64,000 bases of DNA, taken from assembly GCA_964016885.1 (NCBI GenBank), contig OZ024742.1, positions 316,758,001-316,822,000 on the forward strand, in the 5' to 3' direction. The translations under genes and the position numbers were made by a program. This document shows positions 40,625 to 53,128 of this stretch, in pieces; positions within the stretch are counted from its first letter, which is position 1, and each line of letters starts with the position of its first letter. This stretch comes from Eledone cirrhosa. Taxonomy: Eukaryota. The notes under the pieces were generated by a model. That model was not told the origin of the DNA, did not search any database, and saw only the letters and a list, made by a program, of their open reading frames with translations.

Positions 40625-42095
40625 TAGATTTTGATATAATAAATTCAAAACCATTATATTAAATGCACCTTGAATAAATTAATTTCCCAGTTCGATTTGC
40701 TGCCTTCCAACTAATATACAGATATACATACATACATACATATACACACACACTACACATATATATATACCTATATATATACACACGTTAATAATTCTAT
40801 TTGGACACATTTGCCATCCATATAATATATTAGAATAAACTAATTTAATATAAGCGAATTTATGGCTTATACATTTTTTCTTTATTCTTTTTAAGTATAA
40901 AATGAAAATGAATTTAGTATATTAAAACCAACAAATTCAATTGAATAAAGAAAATATGAAATTAAATGAGCGGGTCTATTTGTGCGTGTGTGTCAATAGT
41001 AGAAAGGCTGAGAGATGTAAAAGAAAATTTCATAATTGATATCAAATGGAGAACGAATGATATTGATTCTTTTTGGGTACGATGTTACGAAGACGTTATT
41101 TAATGTGTTGTCCATGTGTTACTGTTGTTACCTTGCCTCGGTTCAGTCATGATTCAGTAGTCTTAAGATCAAACTAATTATAACCAAGGCTACTTTATCA
41201 CTTTGATAAGACAGTGTGTTACTATATATCTTGGCAGTATGTGCATCCTACAAAATTAAAATAATTTATTCACGTAAGTTTGAATACCAACACTAAAATA
41301 ATAAATAAGTATGTCTATGAAACATATACACCAAGTCTGAATACAAAGGAACCAAACTCCCACTGTCACTGCGTCCGTCTCTCCATCTCTCCCCATCTTT
41401 CACTATAATGAGCAAATGGTGCCCACGAGCTGGTCGCTCCGCGACCCCGACGGACAGAGTAGAGAAAACGGAGGATGGTGAGGGAGACGCGCCAAAAGAG
41501 CCTTTCCAGCTCACGAGGCTCACACCTGCATGTACCCAAGTATGTGCCGATAGTGGTAGTCGTGTGACTACCGACAATTTCCCTAGTTGACACGTCTCTT
41601 ATTGGTTACTTAACTTGACTCTCTGAATATTGTTATTTCTAGCCATATATAAATATTTAGAATTTTGTTGTAGACGAAATTGGTCTTTGCATTATTTATG
41701 TCTTCTTTCCAGTATACGTCCAGTGAATGTTGTCATTATTTATGAATTTATTTTGGCAAATTCTTACTAACCGATCGACTTTTCTCCCCACGTAAAATAA
41801 GTTTCGATTTGATTTTATTTACTATATCGCGGAACATTTGAGGCAAACTGTATTTATTTATGAGATTAAACTAGTGTTGTGGTTATCATTATTTTCCACT
41901 TCTCGTTCAGACTTTTAAATAGTTAGGATCTCCTCATTGACCGTGTTGCCAGACTGTCTCTAATTAGGGATTAATAACGTGTCCAATATAGTTTTGTTTA
42001 TTTTGTAGCACAATAATACAAGAATGTTTAACACAGTGAAATAGTTGATATATATATATATATTAAAGTAAGGTTTTTCAATATATTCCACACGG

Positions 42096-42217
<122 letters not shown>

Positions 42218-42238
42218 CGCATATATATATATATATAT

Positions 42239-42441
42239 ATAGGAAAAGGTATGACCCCGACGGCAGAGCTCAAGCCGTTTCGACGGGTATTTCTGGACTA
42301 TTTTAGTCCAGAAATAGCCGTCGAAACGACATGAGCTCTGCTGTCGGGGTCATAGTTTTTCCTATTACCCACTCTACTACTCTAAGTATTGAGTACTCTG
42401 GTGCGTTATGGTCCATCTGCTTCCTTGCCACAACTCCTTCG

Positions 42442-42444
<3 letters not shown>
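42239..42444. mobile_element. fold-back pair of PLE 3' ends (family of the 33-36 kb element) in (TA)n
   Basis: arms 42239-42300 / 42304-42365; right arm has an extra ~80-nt tail. Confidence 0.85.
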
Positions 42445-42510
<66 letters not shown>

Positions 42511-42552
42511 GTAAATTAACAAAGAAGCCTTTAATACATTAAAAATCTTTAT

Positions 42553-42593
42553 TTGCTGACAATGTTTCGTCCCATTAATTAGGTCTCATCAGA
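42553..42593 (-). ncRNA. hammerhead ribozyme truncated at stem I
   Basis: revcomp T-CTGATGA-GACCTAATTAATGGGAC-GAAA-CATTG-TC-AGCAA; 5' strand of stem I is replaced by the adjacent palindrome. Confidence 0.6.
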
Positions 42594-42737
42594 ATAATAT
42601 CTATCTAATGTAGCTGGCTATATAAATAGGAAAATACGCATATACGATCACATGTCTATGTATATATACATAGACATGTGATCGTATATGCGTATTTTCC
42701 TATTTATATAGCCAGCTACATAGATAGATATTATTCT
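42591..42737. repeat. near-perfect 147-bp palindrome centred on TATATATA
   Basis: CATGTCTATG-TATATATA-CATAGACATG centre; one indel. Confidence 0.95.
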
Positions 42738-43081
42738 AAAATTATGTTCATTTTCAAGATACAAAAATATATTTGTCGCACTTAATGCCATGTATTCTAT
42801 AAGATTTACTTTAGTAAAGAGATACAAAAAATAAAGATTGAGCACAAACATTTGTTCTGAAATACGTTCAATTCAGAATGATATTGCGGCTAATTTTTTG
42901 CATAACCTTGCTAACAAAACCAGTAAATTGTACGATAATTTCTAGATAAAAACAAAACCCATTGAGAGCGATAGTATACTTATATTTTTGTAAGTCTGGT
43001 TCATGAGCGATTCATGACTGCCTCTTCATGTAATTTTGTGAATATATGTAGTAATAAATTAGCATTTATGGACTGCATGCC

Positions 43082-43186
<105 letters not shown>

Positions 43187-43267
43187 TTCGAAGAGAGTGT
43201 TTTGGTAAAAACAGGAGCAAGCAGGAGAAAGCCCTCAACATTTTGTAGTTTATACATTGTTTTATTT

Positions 43268-43312
43268 GCTAACAGTGTTTCATCCATACCCTAGGGCAGG
43301 AATCATCGGAGC
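43268..43312 (-). ncRNA. degenerate hammerhead in a probable PLE 3' relic
   Basis: revcomp GCT-CCGATGA-TTCCTGCCCTAGGGTATGGAT-GAAA-CACTG-TT-AGC; U4 is mutated to C. Confidence 0.5.
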
Positions 43313-44935
43313 TTATAAACAAAAATATATATGAAAGGTTGCAGGCTCCATTGAGATCTGTCACCAGAACAAGGATAAAGGACAAGTAGGGAGGAGGTCC
43401 CAAGGCCAGCGCTGTATAGAATAACATATAATACATGATACATATAATGTCATAAAACAATACACTAAAAGTTTATCACATAAATGGTGCAATAGATAAT
43501 AAGGAGGTTGAGAGAGGAGAGCAAGAAATGAATGAGGGTGTTATTCAGCATGATCAAAAAACAAAACAAAGCATAGACACATCAATTCACCAGCAGTGCA
43601 AATACAGGATTCACAGGCAGAGTATGAAAGCTTGTAAGCAGGAGTCAGTAAAAAGAAAAGTTGGTTAGCTGTGGTGCAGCTTTACAGGCATGATTGTACA
43701 CTCCAGTAGTATCGCTTTGTAACAGGTCGATTTCTCCATATCAAACCTTGACCCTCTATCCATTGGTTCCAGTTCCAAGCGTTAGGCGATATAATATTAG
43801 GTTTCCAAACATACGCATAGAGGATTTATCCATTGAAGCAGTCTGCAATAAACACTTTAAATCTAAAATAAAGTAAAGTAAAGTACAATGAAGTGAAGTA
43901 AAGTAGAGTATGCACCGCTAGTACTCCAATGAAGAAAGTGAAAAAAAAACAGGTCCGCTATATTTGCTATCTCTTAAAGTCTTCACGTTCGGTCACGCAA
44001 CCCACCGTCCCACATGAAATACACATGAAATACGAGTCGGCATCGAACTAAAGTGACATACCATATGGAAATATACCACAGTAAAACACCAATCCCATCT
44101 ATACGTCCGTCCACAATACGGCCATATACAACAACTGGTTAGCCCCACAATGGCTCAATCGCACCATACCATTCCACCTCCACAACTCGACTAGTCGTTG
44201 GTCAAACTCTTAGGCCTTATTATATAGAGTTTCCAAATATTAATCTAGTCAAACGCACTCAAAGTGTCCCCGAAAGAGAAGCACTCTTTGGTTATTCCTA
44301 AACTTATATATATATATATATATATTGTATGTGTGCGTGAGCGTGTGTGTGTATTTGATAATTGAAAACCTGTGATAAATTGTAGAGATTGTATGTATTC
44401 ATGTGTGATTGATCTCACAGCACTATAATATGAGTAAAATATGTTATGCTTTTCCGTCGTCATCATCATCAGCATCATCCTCATATATATTGACTGACTT
44501 CGCTTGAGAAAGTTACGGAAAAAGTTAAATTTTTCTATTATTATTTTTTCTCCATAAAGATAAAGAATTTGTTTTTGTTTCATTTTATAACAGAGAAACC
44601 ATAGGAAATTATGACGCCTGCTACATGTTCTTTGTTAGAAGCAAGGTTTATTTCCTTTGGTAACCTCTTGTTTAGATCATGATGAAAATTCCTCATGGGT
44701 TAGCTATAAGAAGGTGCATAGTCAAACGTGGCAGAAGAGGAGACGCTTTAGGAATTTCGATAAAATTTGGCAAACAATAAAACGCAATTTAGAAAAATGA
44801 ATAAAACAAGAAAGGCATTGAATCCATTCAAACAAATAGGAACAGCATAACTAACATAAGAATAATTAACGAAATTCCAATATTATTAATAACAAAATGC
44901 AACAGTTTGTTAGGATAGTTTCATTATCATTATTA

Positions 44936-45113
44936 GGCAGTATTGGTTGAGCGTAAGACACCATGCTTTACAGGATAGAGTTATGGTCCTTTACGTTCTG
45001 AGTTCAAATCCCGCCGAGGTTAACTTTGCCTTTCATCCTGACGGGGTCGATAAAATAAAGTATCAGTAATGCACTGGGTAATTGCTGACCTTATGCCAAA
45101 AGTAGAAACAATT
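44936..45113 (+). mobile_element. SINE (main family)
   Basis: B-box, core and tail. Confidence 0.85.
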
Positions 45114-46417
45114 ATTATCGGAATCGATCCTTTATTGTAGTAATTTAAATACTTAGATAGATGTAGAATTTCTAGTCAAAAATACAGAAAAAGAAAGCAA
45201 CTTTGGAAAAGATTATAAATACCATAAATAATAAAAAAGTAGGGATAGCAAAGATTATTAGGCATTAGAAGAAAGAAAGTGGGAAGAGGAAAGTGCGACA
45301 ATCTCTACATCCAGGGCACAATGCTGTTTCGGCTGCTCCCCGCGGACAAAATGGGCAGCCACAGATAATATGGTTAATTGTTTCTTCCCCATCACAACAT
45401 ATTCTACATAATTACACAGTGAAGCAAAACACAGTAAGAGTAATTATCATATGTGTGCGTATGTCTATTTTAATACATTTCTAAAAATAAAAAAAATTAA
45501 TCGCAATTGAACCGGCCCAATTATATGTATCACTTCGTTGGTATATTTCAGGATTATCTGCTAACATCAAAGGTATACCGACATACGCTTCCATGTTTAA
45601 ATTTTGCTTGTGTTAATAAACGTATAAAAAATAAGGTACATCAATTGGCATTCATTCGTTTTATTCATGGACATCAAATAGTAAAACAGTATTTTTATTG
45701 CAAAATATTTGCAAAATAATTGCAAAATAATTGCAAAATCTTAAAATCAGTATACCGTTACGATTCAGTTCACTACTTTCGACATAAATAAAGCTTCATT
45801 ACAAGTGAATTGAAACACGTGAAGTGAATTGAAACACGTGAAGTTGTCGAAATAAGTATGTTATTGAAGACTGACTATTAAAGCGCGATTTATTTGTGAC
45901 GATTGTGCTTGCTTTTACCCATCGGTGTGAGATATTTAACAAGAAGGAGTGGAATCAACCATTTGCTGATACAACAATTAATTGCGATTTCTGTCGATTG
46001 TGATAACGTACACGATCTACGAGTATACGGATAAACACTCATTCGTTTTGGTTAACAGTGTAATTTATATTCATATAAGTGTGTATGATAAATCTGTACG
46101 TTGTCTATACAGGTATGTATGTATCGTTTATTCCAGCTGATATGTGGCCAGTTTCAGAGCCAAGTGAAATTCCTACCAGTAGAAACACTAATATTCTGCA
46201 AATTAGAACTTCCAGTTGTATTACTATAGCATATTGGACGGTTATATTACGATGTCAGTTGCGGAATTCTGTAGATTCTAATGAACGTACACGACATCTA
46301 ATGAAGAATGCAGCACGGTTCGAAACTGAAAATAAATTGTACACAGCTTTTGGGTCCGTGGGGAATCCGTAAAGCGATACTTGTTAATGTGCGTCACTGT
46401 ATTTGATTACACTTACA

Positions 46418-47570
46418 TGCAAACACAGATTGCGGAAGACTTACCTCGTCCTCAAACCCCCTAACGATCTGGGTGGGTAGACTAGGGCTGAAACACCCCA
46501 CTTTCCGAATAAGATAGGGAAACCCCTACTGATATAGGTAGATGTACCTCTTTTCTTTTCCTCTATGCTTTCTTCTTCCCTTTGTCTCCCCCTTATCACT
46601 TCTTTCCACCACCCAACTTCTTCTTCGTTCGTTTCTTTGTTTTTTGTTTTTCCCCTTTCGCCTACCCCGAGGCAGCCCATCGGGCCTCTTTAACCTAAGT
46701 ACCCCTACCCCAGTAACTTACAGATAGCATTCGCCGATTATGCTATATTAACTATTCATAGCAGCTGTGTTAGACCCCAGAGATGTGGTATTAATTTTTA
46801 ATTCTAAATTTTTCAATTATTCTCATCTAGCAACTCATTCTGTGACTTTGGCTGAAATAGCAGGACCAACTAAATATAGCAGCTGTGTTAGACTCCTTAT
46901 TTCACTTCTCAATTTCCAATATTACTTTCTGATACATTTTTCTCTCATTTTTTATTATATTCTTTTTTATTATACTTTTTCATTGTCTCCTAATCGCATT
47001 TGATTTACCAATTCTATAACGTCCCTTTTTTCGCCTACCTCCTCTGGCCTACTTTCATACACATTCCTTAGCATTTGCCGTGTAGATTTCACCTTCTACG
47101 CTTGACCGGCACTACCCACTCCCCCATCGTTCTACAGGCAAGTTCAGCCATCCCCACACCACATTCACTGCCATGGTAGACTTTTCTGTGTCTGCTACAA
47201 ATTTTGACCAATCCCCTTGACAATTACAATCTTCCCATATAAGGAAGTACCCTTGAAAAGTTCGGTTATTTATTTACCAGACTAAAAAACTCTTACTTTA
47301 GTCCAGAAATATCCGTCAAAACGGCTTGAGCTCTGCCGTCGGGGTCATACTTTCTCCTATTACCCACCCTACTACCCTAAGTATTGAGTACTCTGGTGCG
47401 TTATGGTCCATCTGGTTCCTTACCACAGCTCCTTCGTTATATATATATAACGAAGGAAGTGTGGTAAGGAACCAGATAGACTATAACGCACCAGAGTACT
47501 CAATACTTAGGGTAGTAGAGTGGGTAATAGGAAAAGGTTTAACCCTGGGGTTAAACTTTTTCCTATATAT
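46418..47570 (+). mobile_element. 5'-truncated PLE (EN terminus, 3' UTR and tail) related to the 33-36 kb element, followed by an inverted copy of its tail
   Basis: TGCAAACACAGATTGCG.A.GACTTACCTCG and the downstream UTR are collinear with 35360-36209; decayed HHR at about 47249-47345; 47351-47438 mirrored at 47449-47535 across (TA)n. Confidence 0.85.
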
Positions 47571-48179
47571 ATATACTTAATATATATTCAAGCAACTTAG
47601 AGAACAGTTACTCATCTAATGTATGTGTGTGTCTTTATGTGTGTATATAAATGTAATATACAAGCGGTGGTATGCATATATGAAAACAAATCGAAATATA
47701 TTCAACGAGTTTCTATTTCCTGTATAGCAATATCGTGAATGTAGATTTATTTAAATATTGTCAGAGTGAGATATATAGCAGATATTGCAATCCCACACCT
47801 TCATAGTTCATTGCCTTTTGAATGTTTTACTTTATATTAAATGATAATATATCTCTCCTACACGTTTTATCGACTACAGCAAAAACAACATGGTAAACAT
47901 TTACTCGAAGCTGTCTCATATTTTACGTGGGCAGAGATCATTAAACATGTTGACTGAAGCAATGAATGAACTATAAGAACAGATTAATGTAAATATAATT
48001 TACAGAAATAGAGCAAATGGTTTATATTTAATTAAATATTATAAATGTTTTCTTGTACATTATCTTGTAGGTAAACCCCAATGAAGATTCATCCAGCCAA
48101 TGTGTTTTCTCTTGCCATGAGCCAGGCGTTGGTGTTAAGGAGACTGAGACTGAAGGATTGAGTAAATCTCTACTTCACG

Positions 48180-48328
48180 AACTTCCGCACAGTTTCCGTC
48201 CACCGAGGTTCCCTTATAAAGCTTGGATTAACCTGCATTATTGTATAAATTAATTAATCTTGATTACAGTACAACGGGTTTGAATCCATAACCACGCGAT
48301 GGCGAAGCGTGCTTCTGAACTACACGCC
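48180..48328 (-). mobile_element. old tRNA-SINE of a third family
   Basis: TTCCGCACAGTTTCCGTCCACC body; revcomp B-box GGATTCAAACCCG. Confidence 0.55.
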
Positions 48329-49094
48329 CAGTTCTCCTACAGTGGAAACTTAATTGTTGATATCTAAGTTTGAAGGCGTTGTGTTTGCAGTCGTCTTGGG
48401 AGATGGTGAGGCATTATGATGCTGGTAAATTAAAAACATCTGGTTGAAAGTAGCGAATTTTTTCTAATCCCTGTTGGGGGTTACCCAGGAAGCATTAATC
48501 AATAGTAAATAGAATGTTATTTTTCAATAAAAAATAATTGATCTGAAACTACAGACTACCAGTAAAGCACAGTAATCGTGGGTGTTAATAGCCTTATTAC
48601 CTATTAAGAGATTCGTAGGGATACAAATTTCGGTACTATTATACACTCATTCCAGTACAAAACGTGCCGATATATTTACACACTATCGGCTTGGCAATGT
48701 CTGCTGAAGGGGGCTGCAACAAATTTATCAAGCATTGTTTCTATGAGAATATTTATATTGCAAATTACTATATCATATTAGGATTTTCATAATATTTTAA
48801 CGGACTAATCTGACACTACTACTACTACTATTATTATTATCATTATTATTACTATTAACTGTTGGCTGCAGCAACATTTAATGACGTGATGCCATAGACA
48901 AAAATCCAAAGATCAGCCGAAGCTCTCTAATTATTTTGTATTTGCCAATTAAGCTGTTGATATATCTTTCATGGTTTAATTATTGACCTCATGTTGTAGC
49001 TGCACTATAATCTCAAATACTGAATCAGAGGTATTGATGTAAATTTAGGTCTACATGTTATTCTCGCGTGGTGACAATAATGTTATTTAATTTA

Positions 49095-49282
49095 GCCAAT
49101 AAGCTAGTAATTTAGAAGAAGGAAAAATCGATTAAATCGATACCACTACTTGACTAATACTTTATTGTATAAATCACCAGGAGGAGGAAAGGCGGAATCC
49201 ACCTCAGTGAGATTTGAATTAGAACGTAAACAGCCGAAACAAAATATCACAAAGCACATTGTCTGATGCTCTAACGATACTA
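49095..49282 (-). mobile_element. diverged SINE (main superfamily)
   Basis: decayed core and B-box (GAGATTTGAA). Confidence 0.6.
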
Positions 49283-49578
49283 GCATGATTTGATAATAAT
49301 AGAAACGGTTTACTATGTGATAAGCAGTTCTTTGAACATTAAATTTAGAAGTGAATAGAAAAGGCTATATATCTTATATATTCATAAAATCTCCATTAAC
49401 AGTGAGAAATATAGAAGTGTGTTTCTACCTCCATTATTCTGGTATATATCTATATTTGTTCGACCTGTTCTTTAATGAAATACTTGAAGATTAAAATTGT
49501 TTACTGAAAGAAGTCGTATTTACAAAAGGAAACAAATACTAAATATTCCAAGAACACCATTAATGTGTTGGGGCATTC

Positions 49579-49780
49579 GGGTGGTGGATTGACAGGATCC
49601 ATAGAATGTCGCGCACAATGATTTGCTTATGTGTTCCTGCGATTTAAGTTTTGAATTCAAATCCTGATAAGGTTAATTTGCTTTCCATCCTTCTAACGTT
49701 GAAAGAATGAAGTACCAGTTAAGTGTTTGATATAATTAATGTACTCCTTTTCCCAAATTACTAGCTCTGGCTTCTAAATC
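49579..49780 (+). mobile_element. diverged SINE (main superfamily)
   Basis: GGTGGTGGATTGACAG head, TTCAAATCC, TTTCCATCCTT core. Confidence 0.65.
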
Positions 49781-50689
49781 ATATATCATTATTTCTTTGA
49801 GGCATAATTTAGAAAAGCTCTGGGAGAAAGTAGAATAAGATATCCACACATATTTTCTCACGATAGCTACCTGCAGCTCAATGTTGTTTATCAATTATAT
49901 GTTAATTATATTAGAGGTGACATATGGGAAGCTGTTTTATTTTACTGCAGTAAAATTATGATATAACGTATTCATTTCACATAAATAACCTAAATTTTCC
50001 TAAACTTGCAACACATTCAAATGCTTTCCCTTATATATCTTGTTTCAGAAAAAAACAACAAACGAATTATTGATTTTCAATGTTCGCAAGGCCATAAATT
50101 AAATAGTCTGAAAACTAATTTCTCAAAATGAAACAAACACCAGCGTGGCGATGTTTTAACCTTATAATTAACTGTTTCTTCTGAGGTAAAAGTGAGCAAA
50201 ATCGATTTTGCATTTTCTTTGAAGCTCAGAATAGGAGCACATAAAACTAGGCACTTTAGGTATCAAAACCATATAACCTGGTGTCTAGAGTGCCAGAAAT
50301 AAGAGCATTACATTTGCCAGACAAACTTCGTGCACTAATTTACAGACTAAACGGTTATATACAGTATTATAATGACTGATAGCTTTGATTAGTATCCTAG
50401 TCTAGCGAGACTTGAATTTGATCTCACCCAACAAAACATGGGAACATAATATTTAATCCAGGGTTACTATTTCAGGTATTGAACGGTCTTTGTGACGCAA
50501 TATAATTTTTCATGTACACTGTATAGTATAATTAACCCAAAACCAAGTGCAACATTTGCTTACTTGTCATAGGTTGAACTGCATTGCATTGCTGCAACTA
50601 TGTATAAATACACAAATAGACACATATATACACCTATATAAAAATGTATGTGTGTGCATGATATATATGATATATATATATGATATATA

Positions 50690-50787
<98 letters not shown>

Positions 50788-51285
50788 ATATATAATACTT
50801 CAATCTAAATAATAGCGTAAAGGTACATATTCTACAATGAGATATTAACCTTTAACACTGTAAAGAAATTTTCAACAGTCACTTTGATATACTTGCCAAT
50901 TAATTTCCACAACGAACCCTCTATTGGCAATACTTCAGATTTAAGACGAAAATAACAAAACAAGAGTGCAGTAGATGGAATTGCAACTGGCAAATATCCA
51001 ACGATCATTTCTTTTTTCTATTTCACTTAACCCATTATATTTTCAATATTATAAATATTGATGCAATAAGGTATGCTTATGCACAATGTTTCCTAAATTT
51101 TTGACATTTGTGTGTAGCCGAGTAAAAGCACTCAGAAAAAAAGTCTGAAAAGATGCCATGATGTATTTTTGCTATTCCAGCGAATCTCACTACTACGAAC
51201 ATCGTCAGATGTTTTTCGTATCTAAGATTTTTGCATTATTTATACGTCAATTATTTGCATTATTTGCATTATTTATACGTCAAAA

Positions 51286-51477
51286 AGGGCGGTGGATTGG
51301 CAGTATCGGTAGCGGGTCGGACGCCATGCTATGACGCATAGAGTTACGGCCCTTGCCATTCTGAGTTCAAATCCCGCCGAGGTTAACTTTGCCTTTCATC
51401 CTTACGGGGTCGATAAAATAAAATACCAGTAATGCACTGGTTAATTGCTGGCCTTGTGCCAAATGTAGAAACAATTA
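51286..51477 (+). mobile_element. SINE (main family), TSD ATTATTTATACGTCAA
   Basis: full length with TSD. Confidence 0.92.
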
Positions 51478-51619
51478 TTTATACGTCAATTCTTACTTTA
51501 CTAATTCTAACTTGTGTCAGTAGTCAATGTGTATGTACCATTGTGTGTTTAAGTGTGTATGCATGTGATTGTGTGTCTACATAGAAGAGTAGCTTTATAT
51601 ATATAAATATATATATATA

Positions 51620-52352
51620 CACTAGAACTGTTCCATTCAAAAGAAATCATCTGCCATTTGTATATTAAACCTGTTGTTTACACTCTACTAATGTATTGAG
51701 TACCTTACTCACTGCTGTTACCCAATTGAACCAGGAACTCACATATATATGTATGTTCTTCTGGTTAAATAATTTCACAAATTTTTGCCGATATAGAGAG
51801 AGAGTGGGTTTCTAACATAGATACAAGACTCTCTCATTGGAATTTACACAACATCAACTAGTTATATATGCATGTCTGCATGCATGCATGTGTATGCAGG
51901 TATGGATGTTATTGTATGTGTGGATGTGTATTTTTTAGTTGTATGTGTGCATGTTCATATGCTTTGTATCTGTACATGTGTATATGCAGTTATTAGATGC
52001 AGAATTTTTGGAATGTTTTACATTTATTTTACTGTTCCATTAATGGAACAGTAATTTTTTATAATTTTCTAACTTGTTGTGTTCTTTCAGTTTCTGTGAA
52101 GCCCAGCTTCTCGGTATTTGTATTGAGGCAGTTACTAACATACCCCAGTGCCCCAATAATCACAGGCATAAATCTGAAGGTATAGTCAGGGTGGAGTATC
52201 TGCAGATTTCTCATTAGTTCTGCATAAATATTTTCCTTTTCGCTAATCTTTGATATTATATTGGTATCTGCTGGGCAGCTAAATTCCACTACTGTGCATG
52301 CCTTCTTTTCCCTGTCCCATATCATAAAATCTGATCTGTTATGCTTGCTCTT
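51620..52352 (-). mobile_element. 5'-truncated RLE-type (R4/Dong-like) LINE: endonuclease and 3' UTR
   Basis: KHNRSDFMIWDREKKACTVVEFSCPAD..EKENIYAEL..PVIIGALG (PD-D/ExK RLE); 3' end abuts TA repeats. Confidence 0.85.
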
Positions 52353-52443
52353 TATGTATGTATGCATGTTTCATGCATGTCTCATGCATGTCTATGTATG
52401 TATGTATGTATGTATGTATGTATGTATGTATGTATGTATGTAT

Positions 52444-52520
52444 GAGGATGAAAGGCAAGGTTGACCTCGGCGGGATTTGAGCTCAGAGCGTGGAGGGCCG
52501 TGACTCTATGCTGTAAAGCA
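52444..52520 (-). mobile_element. SINE fragment
   Basis: GGATGAAAGGCAAGGTTGACCTCGGCGGGATTTGA. Confidence 0.8.
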
Positions 52521-52623
52521 ATTATAATAATACTGGACTGTAGTACGATCGGCTTCAACTATACACACTCTTGAAAGTCAACAGTTGACATAATCTTGTA
52601 ATCTTGTATCAGTAATGACGGTA

Positions 52624-52668
<45 letters not shown>

Positions 52669-52794
52669 AGTGAGTAGAGTAGCGTGTGTGTGTTTGTTTG
52701 TATGTATGAGTGTTGCTGTGTGCGCGCATATGTATGCGCGTGTGTGTATGTCGTACGTATAAGTGTCAATAATTTTTTTTCTTTTTTTTTTTTT

Positions 52795-53080
52795 TGCGCG
52801 GGGACATAGAAATAATCGGGCTGGATGCCCGATCGCGCAGTTAAACCACTGGGAGTGAAGAACCCCTAGCCCTTGTCAGGGCATTCTTCTAGGAGAAGGC
52901 AACTCAGGAAACTGGGTTAACTCCGACATAAAACCTTCGGCTCAGTAGTTACCGATGATGTTGATCTTTTCTTCTTTTCGGGTTATAGCTACTGTCACTA
53001 AGAGAGTGGGATTGGCTCAGTGCACAGTCTTTCCTCACTTTAAAAATATTCGTCACAAACAGGCATTGCACGAGTGCATT
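52795..53080 (+). mobile_element. structured short element homologous to the RTE-type 5' UTR (Ceph-domain-like)
   Basis: CCCCTAGCCCTTGTCAGGGCATTCTTCTAGGAGAAGGCAACTC and AAGAGAGTGGGATTGGCT..CTCACT.TAAAA are collinear with 25910-26100. Confidence 0.6.
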
Positions 53081-53128
53081 AATAATTATTAATAGTATAC
53101 TATTATTATTATTATTATTGTTGTTATT

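Noticed and set aside
41293-41577. Cadherin-like reading (HHLLIIVKDG) or Tx1-like reading (LERLF..RFL..VRR) on the minus strand
   Set aside because: Only a few residues match; DRE/DxND motifs and collinear RT motifs are absent
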